Source of the DNA: a bacterium
GTDB lineage: Bacteria; Patescibacteriota; Patescibacteriia; UBA1558; GWA2-36-10
DNA: 64,000 bases
Direction: 5' to 3'
NCBI GenBank assembly: GCA_018653315.1
Contig: JABIAL010000021.1
Span: 3,029 to 67,028 of the forward strand
Shown: positions 47,784-57,336 of the stretch, in pieces
Layout: every line of letters begins with the position of its first letter
Position numbering within the stretch: position 1 is the first letter of the stretch
Translations under genes and position numbers: made by a program
The notes under the pieces: generated by a model
Told to the model about the DNA's origin: nothing
The model's database searches: none
The model's input: the letters and a program-made list of their open reading frames with translations, nothing else

Positions 47784-50696
47784 ATGTCTAATTTTCACAA
47801 ACGACAACTTAAGAACGATAATGGCTGGCAGCATCATAAAATACATGATATTAAGCCAATTAAAATCAAGAAAAAATCTCGGTTTTTTAAATTTAGATGG
47901 CCTAACTTCAAAAGAAAAAAGCTTAGAAATAGTAGCTTGGCTAAAAGATTAGCACGGCGTTTATGGCCTTATGCTTTGGGAGTCTTTTTTATTGGTGGTA
48001 TATTTTTTGTAGGTCTTGTTGCCTGGTATTCCAAAGATCTTCCAGATCCGAACAAAATTATGGATCGTTCAGTGCCTTTGAGCACCAAAATTTTTGATCG
48101 CACCGGTGAAGTTTTATTGTATGAAATTCATGGACCAGAAAAAAGAACTCTGATTACCCTGGACCAAATACCTCAATATGCTATTGATGCTACCATTGCC
48201 ATTGAAGATAAAAATTTCTATGAACATGGTGGTATTTCTGTTTGGGGAATATTGCGTGGACAAATTATGCCTCGTTTGCAAGGTAAGAGAGCACAGGGCG
48301 GATCTACTTTGACCCAACAATTTGTAAAGAATGCTATTTTGACCAACGAACGGGCCTTGTCTAGAAAAATAAAAGAATGGATATTATCTTTTCGTTTAGA
48401 ACAAAAGTTTTCTAAGGAAGAAATTTTACAATTATATTTTAATGAGATTCCTTATGGTAGTTCTGCTTATGGCATAGAGTCAGCGGCTGGATATTATTTT
48501 GATAAGCCAGCTAAAGATTTGACCTTAGCCGAAAGTGCTATTTTAGCAGCCTTACCACAGGCGCCATCTTATTTTTCACCTTATGGAAATAACAAAGAAG
48601 GCTTAATTGCTCGTCAGCATGTAATCTTGGACTTAATGACTAAGCAGGGACTTATCACTGACTTAGAAGCGGAAAATGCCAAGAGTGAAGAATTGCAATT
48701 TAAAAAACGCCAAGAAAATATTAAAGCGCCTCATTTTGTGATGTATATCAGGCAGTTGTTAGCAGAAGAATATGGTGAAGCAGTTATAGAGCAAAGTGGC
48801 TGGAAAATTATTACGACACTAGACTGGGAATTACAACAAAAAGCTGAAGAAATTATTGATGAGTTAGCCGAAAGTAATCAAGAAAGATTTAATGCTTCTA
48901 ATGCTGGCTTGGTGGCACTAAACGTTGAGAACAGTGAGATCTTAGCGATGATTGGTTCTCGTGATTATTTTAATGATGAAATAGACGGACAAGTAAATGT
49001 CACCTTAGCTGAACGTCAACCAGGTAGTTCTTTAAAGCCCTTGGTTTATCTAACTGCTTTTGAGCAAGGTTATCGTCCAGATACAATGTTGTTTGATTTA
49101 ACAACAAATTTTGCTTCGGCTGGTGATGATTACAGGCCATTAAATTATGATTTAGAAGAACGTGGGCCAGTAACCATTCGGCAGGCTTTAGCTGGGTCAT
49201 TAAACATACCGGCTGTGAAAACTTTATACTTAGCTGGTCTAGATAATGTAGTAAAATTAGCTAAAGATTTTGGTTATACCACCTTAGGAGATAGAGATCG
49301 TTATGGCTTGTCTTTAGTGTTAGGTGGTGGCGAGGTAAAATTATTAGAACATGTAAATGCTTACGCGTCTTTTGCCAGAGAGGGTGTTTATAAAGATTCT
49401 TTGCCAATTTTAGCTATTGAAGATTCTGAAGGTAAAGAGATAGAGGATAATAAAGACAATAAAGGCAGAAGAATTTTAGATAAAGATAAAGTCAGATTAC
49501 TAAATGATATTTTATCAGACAATGCGGCTAGGTCTTATGTGTTTGGAGAGAGTAATTATTTGACTTTACCAGATCGTCCGGTAGCTGCTAAAACAGGTAC
49601 TACAAATGATTATCGAGATTCATGGACTATTGGTTTTACGCCACAAATAGCACTCGGTGTTTGGGCTGGTAATAATGATAACTCTGCTATGTCTAATGGA
49701 GCTAGTGGTTCACAAGTAGCTGGGCCCATTTGGAATAAAGTAATGCGTGAATTGACTAAAAATTTACCGGTGGCAGGTTTTGCTAAGACAGAATTAAATA
49801 GTTGCCGAAAACCAATGGTTTGTGGGGAATTGTCAGATGAAGAAATTATCAAGATAGATAAGATGTCTGGATTATTAGCTACAGAATATACTCCTTATAC
49901 TCAAATTGAAGAAAGAAAATATTTACAAGTACATAATATTTTGCAATATGTAAATCGTAATGATCCATTAGGAGCGCCTTTAGATGACCCAAGTCATGAT
50001 TCGCAATATGGTTTATGGGAAGAGCCCGTGCAGGCTTGGGCAGACGAACAAGGTTATTTAACAGAAGAGCCGCCAACGGAATATGATGATATTCATTTAG
50101 CACATTTACGTCCTAGTGTTGATATTAGTTATCCAAGTAATAATCAAACGGTTAAAAATAACACTTTCACCTTGCAGGTAAATTCAAGTGCGCCACTTGG
50201 TGTAGGGCGAGTAGAATATTTTATTGATGGTCAAAAAGTTGGACAATCTACTAACTCACCTTTTAGTTTCAATTATCAGGTTAATCCATTGTTAAGTAAT
50301 GGCAAACATCAGTTAAAGGCTATGGCTTTTGATGGTTTAGAAAATTGGCAAGAAGATATTATTGAGTTTAATTTACAGAGTGATCGTTCTTCCGATGAAT
50401 TTAGTTTATTATGGTTAGCGCCAGATAATGGAATGAACATTGCTCAAGCTGATTTACCCTATACTGCGCATTTAAAAATAACTAACCCAGATAAAATTAA
50501 AAAGATAGATTTTTATTATCTAGACCCATCTGATCATTCTCATTGGTTTGCTTTTATCGAACATCCAGGAGAAGATATTATAACTAACTGGGGCAATAGC
50601 GATTATGAGCCAGGGGTGTATAAATTATATTTAATGATCAAGGATATAAATGATCGTTTCATAAGTTCACCACCAATTGTTGTTAATATTCAATAG
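47784..50696 (+). CDS. class A penicillin-binding protein (PBP1A family) with C-terminal Ig-like domains
   Basis: EDKNF and GGSTLTQQ transglycosylase motifs; SSLK, SLN and KTGT transpeptidase motifs. Confidence 0.95.
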   Translation: MSNFHKRQLKNDNGWQHHKIHDIKPIKIKKKSRFFKFRWPNFKRKKLRNSSLAKRLARRLWPYALGVFFIGGIFFVGLVAWYSKDLPDPNKIMDRSVPLSTKIFDRTGEVLLYEIHGPEKRTLITLDQIPQYAIDATIAIEDKNFYEHGGISVWGILRGQIMPRLQGKRAQGGSTLTQQFVKNAILTNERALSRKIKEWILSFRLEQKFSKEEILQLYFNEIPYGSSAYGIESAAGYYFDKPAKDLTLAESAILAALPQAPSYFSPYGNNKEGLIARQHVILDLMTKQGLITDLEAENAKSEELQFKKRQENIKAPHFVMYIRQLLAEEYGEAVIEQSGWKIITTLDWELQQKAEEIIDELAESNQERFNASNAGLVALNVENSEILAMIGSRDYFNDEIDGQVNVTLAERQPGSSLKPLVYLTAFEQGYRPDTMLFDLTTNFASAGDDYRPLNYDLEERGPVTIRQALAGSLNIPAVKTLYLAGLDNVVKLAKDFGYTTLGDRDRYGLSLVLGGGEVKLLEHVNAYASFAREGVYKDSLPILAIEDSEGKEIEDNKDNKGRRILDKDKVRLLNDILSDNAARSYVFGESNYLTLPDRPVAAKTGTTNDYRDSWTIGFTPQIALGVWAGNNDNSAMSNGASGSQVAGPIWNKVMRELTKNLPVAGFAKTELNSCRKPMVCGELSDEEIIKIDKMSGLLATEYTPYTQIEERKYLQVHNILQYVNRNDPLGAPLDDPSHDSQYGLWEEPVQAWADEQGYLTEEPPTEYDDIHLAHLRPSVDISYPSNNQTVKNNTFTLQVNSSAPLGVGRVEYFIDGQKVGQSTNSPFSFNYQVNPLLSNGKHQLKAMAFDGLENWQEDIIEFNLQSDRSSDEFSLLWLAPDNGMNIAQADLPYTAHLKITNPDKIKKIDFYYLDPSDHSHWFAFIEHPGEDIITNWGNSDYEPGVYKLYLMIKDINDRFISSPPIVVNIQ

Positions 50697-50703
50697 TTAC
50701 GAT

Positions 50704-50763
50704 AAAAAAACACCCCTTGACGACTCGGCTGAGCTCGCCGTAGCCTATGCTTAGGGTGTTTTT
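50704..50763. terminator. bidirectional terminator with GC-rich repeat-derived loop
   Basis: AAAAAACACCC/GGGTGTTTT stem; loop CTTGACGACTCGGCTGAGCTCGCCGTAG. Confidence 0.65.
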
Positions 50764-50774
50764 AATACTTGTTA

Positions 50775-51017
50775 TTAATAACCTTCATTAGCGTGCATTT
50801 TATTTATTTGTTCAATGTCTAGATTGTTAGCGTTAACATAAGAGTTGTTAATAGAGTTTAAAATGATCATTAGTAGCCCTAAAATTAAAATGATCATTGA
50901 TAGCCATAACGGTAGCAAAACATCAAATAGGTTAATAAAACCAATGATTGCTAAGGCTATTAAAAATAGTCCAACAAAAATATTAAAATATATAGGACAA
51001 GTACAGTATTTACCCAT
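50775..51017 (-). CDS. small two-TM hypothetical protein
   Basis: Two hydrophobic helices; GGGGGTGA SD before the ATG at 51017. Confidence 0.6.
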   Translation of the reverse strand: MGKYCTCPIYFNIFVGLFLIALAIIGFINLFDVLLPLWLSMIILILGLLMIILNSINNSYVNANNLDIEQINKMHANEGY

Positions 51018-51150
51018 ATCTATCACCCCCTTATTTTACTCTCTAATAGTTTTATAGTAGCTATTTTTACTTTATTTGGCAATTATTGGATTATTTAGTA
51101 TAGTAGATCAGTTAAGATAGTTTTTGTTTATTATATAAGTTTTCAAAATA

Positions 51151-51906
51151 ATGAGACCAAAATTAAGTGAACAACAGTGGCTAAATATGTTTGATGATAA
51201 TCAAGCTGGTGTTTATCTGATCGATAAATTAAAAGGCGATAACTCTTTTCGGGCTGTTTCAGTTTTGCGTAAATTATTAGACATCAAAAAAGTAGGTTTT
51301 GCTGGTACATTAGATCCGTTAGCTTCTGGTTTGTTAATTTTAGCGTCAGGTAAGGCAACGCGGATGCTAGATTGGTTTCATGTTTTACCAAAAACTTATC
51401 AGGCAGATATTAAATTTGGCTTTACCTCGCCTACTTACGACTTAGAAGGTGACTTGACCACAACCACTTCAGCTAAGGAATTTAATTTAGCAGAATTAGA
51501 AAATAAGCTTGCGGAGTTTATTGGTAAGCAAGAACAAACAGCACCAATATTTTCTGCTAAAAAAGTGGACGGCAAAAAATTATATCAGTCGGCTCGCCAA
51601 GGTAAAAAAATAACCCCACCAAAAAGTAGAGTGACTATACATGGATTAAAAATAGTAAATTTTAATTATCCAAATTTAGTATTAGAAGCTAGAGTATCTA
51701 CGGGCACTTATATTCGTAGCTTGGCACATGATCTTGGAGAGACATTGAGCACGGGAGCGGTGCTTACAGACTTAAGACGAACGGCTATTGGAGATTTTTT
51801 AGTAGAACAAGCGATTAGTCTAGCTGATTTAGATAAGATTAAATTAGCTCAATACAAAATAAAACCAGTTGATGCTAAAAAGTATCTAGATCAATATCCT
51901 GTTTAG
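51151..51906 (+). CDS. truB: tRNA pseudouridine(55) synthase TruB
   Basis: KVGFAGTLDPLASG, FSAKKVDGKKLY and GTYIRSLAHDLG motifs. Confidence 0.95.
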   Translation: MRPKLSEQQWLNMFDDNQAGVYLIDKLKGDNSFRAVSVLRKLLDIKKVGFAGTLDPLASGLLILASGKATRMLDWFHVLPKTYQADIKFGFTSPTYDLEGDLTTTTSAKEFNLAELENKLAEFIGKQEQTAPIFSAKKVDGKKLYQSARQGKKITPPKSRVTIHGLKIVNFNYPNLVLEARVSTGTYIRSLAHDLGETLSTGAVLTDLRRTAIGDFLVEQAISLADLDKIKLAQYKIKPVDAKKYLDQYPV

Positions 51907-52120
51907 TAACATCTTTAATGTATCTTTCGATATATACTTCTGAAAAATGAGTTTGTCGCATTTTACGGGCAAAGTCAGAAATAGCCATTTGGCCAACGCC
52001 CATTTTACCTAATTTGTTAGCGTATTTTTCATTAAATTTTTTGGTGCTAGTAACAGAGTCAGTGGAATTGTACAGTTTTTCTATTACCAGCATTTGATCC
52101 CTATAAGAGATATAATACAT
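51875..52120 (-). CDS. hypothetical protein
   Basis: 81-aa ORF with ATG start filling the truB-rpsT gap; no recognised motif. Confidence 0.55.
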   Translation of the reverse strand: MYYISYRDQMLVIEKLYNSTDSVTSTKKFNEKYANKLGKMGVGQMAISDFARKMRQTHFSEVYIERYIKDVTKQDIDLDTF

Positions 52121-52185
52121 AATATCTTAGCTTAATAGCCCTTTTAAATCATAATTTATTGTTAGTATATCATCGATTATAATTA

Positions 52186-52214
52186 TTGACAAAAAATAGG
52201 GTTTATGTTAACAT
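52186..52214 (+). promoter_or_regulatory. sigma70-like rpsT promoter
   Basis: TTGACA-17-TAACAT with extended TG. Confidence 0.65.
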
Positions 52215-52265
52215 AGTCAGGTCTTTTATTTCTAAAGATATTATTACTTTAAAGGAAAAGAATTT

Positions 52266-52574
52266 ATGCCAAATAAGAAATCTGCTATTAAATATTTGAG
52301 AAAGAGTAGCAAAAGAAATGAACAGAGCTCTCTAGTTAAACGTAACATCAAAGAGGTTATTAAGCGTGGTAAAAAAGCCATTGCTGATGATACTATCAAA
52401 GATAGTGCCAAAGAAATATCTCATGATTTACAAAAAGCTATTGATAAAGCTGTAAAATCTGGAATCATGAAATCTAATACTGGAGATCGTAAAAAGTCTC
52501 GTTTTATGGATAAAATGAACAATGCTTTAAAAACTACTTCAGAAGTTAAAGAACAAGTTGCAGATAAAAAATAA
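52266..52574 (+). CDS. rpsT: 30S ribosomal protein S20
   Basis: MPNKKSAIK start; IDKAVKSGIMKSNTGDRKKSR motif. Confidence 0.95.
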   Translation: MPNKKSAIKYLRKSSKRNEQSSLVKRNIKEVIKRGKKAIADDTIKDSAKEISHDLQKAIDKAVKSGIMKSNTGDRKKSRFMDKMNNALKTTSEVKEQVADKK

Positions 52575-52640
52575 ACTAGATTAAATTTAAAAACATCCCC
52601 CATCTTTTTAGAGAATAGAGGATGTTTTTTATTTGCATTT

Positions 52641-53594
52641 TTATAATTTTTCAATCATTTGGGCGAATAGCAATCTTTCTTTACCCTGCCCAGTTTTAAG
52701 CTTGGCATCTATTGTTAATAATTGTTGATAGATTTTTTTGAGTTCCGCTAAAGTATATAATTTGCTCATGGCTAGTGTTTTGCTAGCTACAAAAGTATGT
52801 ATTTTTAGTGTTTGCGAAATAGCAAAGCTGTTATTGATTTTTTCACTTAATATTTTTACTTTAATCAAAGTTCTAAATTGACTAGTAATCATGGTCAAGA
52901 TATATAGGCCATTAACGCCGCTATTTAGTTGATCTTCTAATAATTTCAAAGCCCTAGCTTTGTCTTTTTTACCCAGAGCATCGATAAAATTAAAAATATT
53001 ATCATCAGCCTTAGCTTGAACTAATTCTTTAACTTCGTCTATTATAATTTCGGGATTTTGACTAAAGTGGATTAGCTTATTTATTTCTTGATCAAGTTGC
53101 CAAAGATTATTACCAACAGAAGCTAGTAATAATTGTCTGGCTATTGGCTGAATAGTTTTATTATTAGCTTGGCATTTTTTATTTATCCAAGCATTTATTT
53201 TGTCAGGAGATAGTGCATTAAATTCTTCGGTATATTTGAATTTTTTTAAAGTCTTATAAAGTTTTTTTCTTAGATCCGGTTTTGAAGCTTGCCAAAAAAT
53301 AAGATAATTTTCTTCAGGACTATCGCTTTGCTTAGCTAAATATTTTATTAGTTCATCTTGAAAAGAAGCTAGCTTTTTGTTATCAAAAATATTTTTGATA
53401 ACAATTAATTTTTTAGGAGCCAAAAATCCAGTAGCCGTGACTGATCTAAAAAAATCATCAATAGCCATAGTGTCACCATCCAGGCTTTCGATATTGTGCC
53501 CACCTTGGTCAACCGTCGTTTGAAATTTAGCCTTGATGGCATCTATTTTATTTTTAGCACGGAAAGAATCCTCGCCGTAAAAGAAAAATATCAT
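52641..53594 (-). CDS. holA: DNA polymerase III delta subunit
   Basis: MIFFFYGED start (ATG 53594), QEINKL, NIFNFIDA and IDAKLKTG motifs. Confidence 0.92.
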   Translation of the reverse strand: MIFFFYGEDSFRAKNKIDAIKAKFQTTVDQGGHNIESLDGDTMAIDDFFRSVTATGFLAPKKLIVIKNIFDNKKLASFQDELIKYLAKQSDSPEENYLIFWQASKPDLRKKLYKTLKKFKYTEEFNALSPDKINAWINKKCQANNKTIQPIARQLLLASVGNNLWQLDQEINKLIHFSQNPEIIIDEVKELVQAKADDNIFNFIDALGKKDKARALKLLEDQLNSGVNGLYILTMITSQFRTLIKVKILSEKINNSFAISQTLKIHTFVASKTLAMSKLYTLAELKKIYQQLLTIDAKLKTGQGKERLLFAQMIEKL

Positions 53595-53599
53595 TTGAT

Positions 53600-56314
53600 T
53601 TATAAGCTTTCTAATTTGTTCCAATTAGGGCCAACTTCTACCTCGGCTATTAAAGGAACAGATAATTTATAAATTTCTTCCATTGTTTGTTTAATGAATT
53701 TGGCTACTTTTTTTACTTCTGATTTCGGAACCTCTAGTACTAGTTCATCATGTACTTGTGAAATCATTTTAGACTTCTTGCTTATTTTTGGCAAGCCTTG
53801 GTGAACTTTGATCATAGCCAATTTCATCAAGTCAGCAGCTGTACCTTGCAAAGGCATATTTGTGGCCATACGTTCAGCAGAGGCTCGTAACATTGGCATA
53901 GAGGAGTTTATGTCTGGTAAGTATCTACGTCGACCAAAGATAGTCTGTACATAGCCTTTATCATGAGCGAAATCTTTTGTTTGATCAATAAATTCTTTAA
54001 TTTTTTTATAGATAGAAAAATATTTTTCAATAAATTCTTTAGCCTCAGTACGATTCATATCTGTCCGTTGAGCTAGTCCTAGTGAGCCTAAACCATAAAG
54101 CACGCCAAAGTTAACCTCTTTAGCCGTACGACGGATATCCTTAGTAACATCTTTTAGTGATATTTTGTGTATTTCAGCTGCTGTACGGGCATGAATATCT
54201 TCACCTTGTTTAAAACTAGTGGTCATTTTCGGATCCCTGGATAAAGCAGCTGCTAGTCTTAGTTCGATTTGAGAATAATCAGCTGCTAGTAACATATAAT
54301 CACGAGGAGCTACAAAAGCTTGGCGTATTCTACGACCCAAGGCAGTGCGGATAGGAATATTTTGTAAATTTGGGTCAGAAGAAGATAATCTGCCGGTAGC
54401 TGTCACTGCCTGGTTAAAGCTAGTATGAATTCGTTTGGTTTTTGGGTTAACAAGTTCGGGCAGGGCTTTAATATAAGTAGATTGTAACTTTGTTAGTTCA
54501 CGATATTGGATGATTAGTGGAATTATTTCATGACGATCCAGCATTTTTTCTAATTCTGAAGCAGCAGTAGATAATCCGGTTTTAGTTTTTTTAATTCTAT
54601 CTGTAGATATTTCTAAATCTTCAAATAATATTTTTTTAAGTTGCAGAGGAGAAGATATATTAAATTCAGATCCAGCTAGCTTAAAAATTTGTTTGCTAGT
54701 TTTTTTAATTTCAATAGCAAATTCTTTTTCCATGGTTTTTAAGAATTTTACATCCAAAGAAATGCCATTAAGCTCCATTTCAGCTAAGACAGGCACTAGC
54801 GGTAGCTCCATTTTGATAAGCAAATCATAATTTTTTTTATCTTTAGTTTCTGGTAATAGTTTTTGATACAAACGCCAAGTTATATCTGCATCTTCTGCGC
54901 CATACCAAGCTAGTTTATCTGGATTTATTTTAGTAACATCAATATCTTTTTTATTTTTTGGTTTTTCTTCAAACAGATCGACTAGTTTTAGTTTGTTGTA
55001 GCCTAAATATGAAAAAGCTAGCTCTTCTAATTTTAGACCACGGTTTGAGTTAGACAGAAAAGCGGCTATTAGTGTATCAAAAGCAATCCCAGCTACAGTA
55101 ATATCTAAAGTTTTTAAAACCTTGTAATCGAATTTTATATTATGTCCGATTTTACCAATAGTTTGATCTTCAAAAATTGGCTTTAGTTTTAGCAAAGCGT
55201 ATTCTTGAAATTTTTTGTCTTTCAAATCAATATAATAAGCAGTCTTGGCTTGCCAAGAAAAAGATAAACCTAAAATATCGGCGGTAATTACATCAAGGCC
55301 AGTTGTCTCTGAGTCAAAGGCAAATATTTCTTGCTGTTTTAATTTTTCTAAGAAGTTATCAAATTGTTTTTCGTCTTTAATAATATGGTAGTTAGCATCT
55401 TTTCGACTTATATCTACAATAGGTTCATTAACAATAGCTTGAGTGGTTGGAATTTTATTTATTAAAGTCTTAAATTCAAATTTTTGGAATATTTGATAAA
55501 CCTCTTCTGGATCAAAGTCACCAAATTCAGTATCTTTTAGTTGCCAATCAAGTTTCATGTCAGTGACAATGGTAGCTAGTTCCTTACTTAAGAAAGCGGC
55601 TTCTTTATCGTCTATTAATAATTGCCTAGTACGGTCTTTTATTTTATCGCTATCAATATTCTTATAAACCCCTTCTAGGCTATTGAAATTTTTTAGTAGG
55701 TCAGTCGCTCCTTTTAGTCCAATACCACGGACGCCAGCAATATTATCTGATGCATCACCTTGAATAGCTTTAAGATCAATGATTTGTTTTGGCTCTAAGC
55801 CGTATTTTTCTATTACCGCCTGGGTATCATAAATAATAATATCATTAAAGCCACGTTTGAGAGTAACTACTTTCACACGGTCATTAACCAGTTGTAAGGC
55901 ATCATGATCACCGGTGACAATGTATACTTCTATGTCTTTATATTTATTATAGATTTCATTAGCGATGGTGCCTAAGATATCATCTGCTTCAAAACCAGCC
56001 TTAGATAGTGTTGGTATTTTTAAAGCAGCCAAGACATTTTCAGCCAAAGGTATTTGATCATAAAATTCATCAACTTGTTTTACCCGGTGAGCTTTATAGC
56101 TGGCAGATTTTTCATGTCTAAAAGTTGGCTCTGGTAAGTCAAAAGCAGCTAAGACATAGTCCGGTTTTGTTTGTTTGATAATATTCAAAACTAAAGAAGT
56201 AAAGCCATAAACAGCGTTTACCATTAGATTGTCTTTGGTGTGTAATGGTGGTATTGCATGCCAGGCTCGATGGAGTAAGGCATGGGAGTCAATAATGATG
56301 AATTTCTTAGCCAT
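53600..56314 (-). CDS. polA: DNA polymerase I
   Basis: 5'-3' exonuclease (FEADD, GDASDN), FDSETTG, TGRLSSSDPNLQNIP, DYSQIELR and QVHDEL motifs. Confidence 0.99.
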   Translation of the reverse strand: MAKKFIIIDSHALLHRAWHAIPPLHTKDNLMVNAVYGFTSLVLNIIKQTKPDYVLAAFDLPEPTFRHEKSASYKAHRVKQVDEFYDQIPLAENVLAALKIPTLSKAGFEADDILGTIANEIYNKYKDIEVYIVTGDHDALQLVNDRVKVVTLKRGFNDIIIYDTQAVIEKYGLEPKQIIDLKAIQGDASDNIAGVRGIGLKGATDLLKNFNSLEGVYKNIDSDKIKDRTRQLLIDDKEAAFLSKELATIVTDMKLDWQLKDTEFGDFDPEEVYQIFQKFEFKTLINKIPTTQAIVNEPIVDISRKDANYHIIKDEKQFDNFLEKLKQQEIFAFDSETTGLDVITADILGLSFSWQAKTAYYIDLKDKKFQEYALLKLKPIFEDQTIGKIGHNIKFDYKVLKTLDITVAGIAFDTLIAAFLSNSNRGLKLEELAFSYLGYNKLKLVDLFEEKPKNKKDIDVTKINPDKLAWYGAEDADITWRLYQKLLPETKDKKNYDLLIKMELPLVPVLAEMELNGISLDVKFLKTMEKEFAIEIKKTSKQIFKLAGSEFNISSPLQLKKILFEDLEISTDRIKKTKTGLSTAASELEKMLDRHEIIPLIIQYRELTKLQSTYIKALPELVNPKTKRIHTSFNQAVTATGRLSSSDPNLQNIPIRTALGRRIRQAFVAPRDYMLLAADYSQIELRLAAALSRDPKMTTSFKQGEDIHARTAAEIHKISLKDVTKDIRRTAKEVNFGVLYGLGSLGLAQRTDMNRTEAKEFIEKYFSIYKKIKEFIDQTKDFAHDKGYVQTIFGRRRYLPDINSSMPMLRASAERMATNMPLQGTAADLMKLAMIKVHQGLPKISKKSKMISQVHDELVLEVPKSEVKKVAKFIKQTMEEIYKLSVPLIAEVEVGPNWNKLESL

Positions 56315-56440
56315 AATAGGTATATAATTAACTGATTTCTATGTTGATTTTAGCATTTTTAAGGTAGAAAAGAAACCCAATAATATTAAATTAAAACGAA
56401 CAAAAAACAAGCTCTTTGCTTGTTTAGATATCATTTTTTA

Positions 56441-56514
<74 letters not shown>

Positions 56515-56601
56515 TTAAATTAAGACTATTACAATCTACCAGATTTTGATATATTTTTCAAGGTAATAAAAAACCCTGTCTTTTTTTGACAGAGCCTAGA
56601 A

Positions 56602-56745
56602 TTATAGTCCGTACTTATTTAGATTGGTGTTGTGCTTCCTAATCATTTTATATATTAGTGGATAGCTAATTACAGAATTTGGTAATAAATAACCAGTTAA
56701 TACACCAAGCATCATCGGACTAAAACTAATCATATCGTGTAACAT
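56602..56745 (-). CDS. putative 47-aa small membrane protein (not in ORF track)
   Basis: MLHDMISFSPMMLGVLTGYLLPNSVISYPLIYKMIRKHNTNLNKYGL*; followed by a CTGTC/GACAG hairpin with a T-run. Confidence 0.4.
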   Translation of the reverse strand: MLHDMISFSPMMLGVLTGYLLPNSVISYPLIYKMIRKHNTNLNKYGL

Positions 56746-56880
56746 TGGGTATTATAAATTTTAATGATTAATTCTTATATTTAAAAGTGCAAGACAATTA
56801 TTTTAGCATACTTCGACAATATCATCTAGGGTATAAGTGTGGATAAAATAAAAAACAGCTACTGAAAGCTGAGTTTTATA

Positions 56881-56966
56881 TGGTACCGGCGATCGGACTT
56901 GAACCGATACGGCCAAAGGCCACAGGATTTTAAGTCCTGCGTGTCTACCAATTCCACCACGCCGGC
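56881..56966 (-). tRNA. tRNA-Leu(UAA)
   Basis: Reverse complement GCCGGCG...CAGGA-CT-TAA-AA-TCCTG, long variable arm, GTTCAAGTC, CCA. Confidence 0.96.
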
Positions 56967-57014
56967 ATAGACACCAAAATTTTTGTTTTAAATTTACACT
57001 TTCCGAGTTTGTAC

Positions 57015-57068
57015 AATTCTCGAAGCGAAGCGTAGACCCTGAGTAAAATCGAAGGGCACCACGCCGGC
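57015..57068 (-). pseudogene. duplicated 5' fragment of tRNA-Leu fused to palindromic repeats
   Basis: Minus strand: GCCGGCGTGGTG (12/12 match), then CCCTTCGATTTTACTCAGGG, TCTACGCTTCGCTTCGA and GAATT. Confidence 0.7.
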
Positions 57069-57101
57069 TTATAAATAACAATCCCGTATCAACGGGATCT
57101 T

Positions 57102-57178
57102 TGGAGCGAGTGACCGGATTCGAACCGGCGACCTTTTCCTTGGCAAGGAAACGTTCTAGCCAACTGAACTACACTCGC
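57102..57178 (-). tRNA. tRNA-Gly(GCC)
   Basis: Reverse complement GCGAGTG...TTTCC-TT-GCC-AA-GGAAA...GTTCGAATC...TCCA. Confidence 0.96.
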
Positions 57179-57235
57179 AAATTAAAAATGATCGTTTTGC
57201 TAAAATATTTTCCGACAGTAACAATCCTAAGATAA

Positions 57236-57285
57236 TCTACCTGTCCTGAGCGAGTGAAAGGAGTCGAAGGAAACTACACTCGCAA
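57236..57285 (-). pseudogene. duplicated 5' fragment of tRNA-Gly fused to palindromic repeat
   Basis: Minus strand: TTGCGAGTGTAGTT (14/14 match), then TCCTTCGACTCCTTTCACTCGCTCAGGACAGG and TAGA. Confidence 0.7.
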
Positions 57286-57303
57286 TAAATAAAGAGCATA
57301 AAT

Positions 57304-57331
57304 ATTATACTGGAAAACAGCTAAAAGTCAA
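57304..57331 (-). promoter_or_regulatory. sigma70-like promoter of the tRNA-Gly/Leu unit
   Basis: TTGACT-16-TATAAT on the minus strand. Confidence 0.65.
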
Positions 57332-57336
57332 TAGTT

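Noticed and set aside
56803-57081. 92-aa minus-strand ORF in the track
   Set aside because: Overlaps tRNA-Leu and the repeat remnant; spurious.
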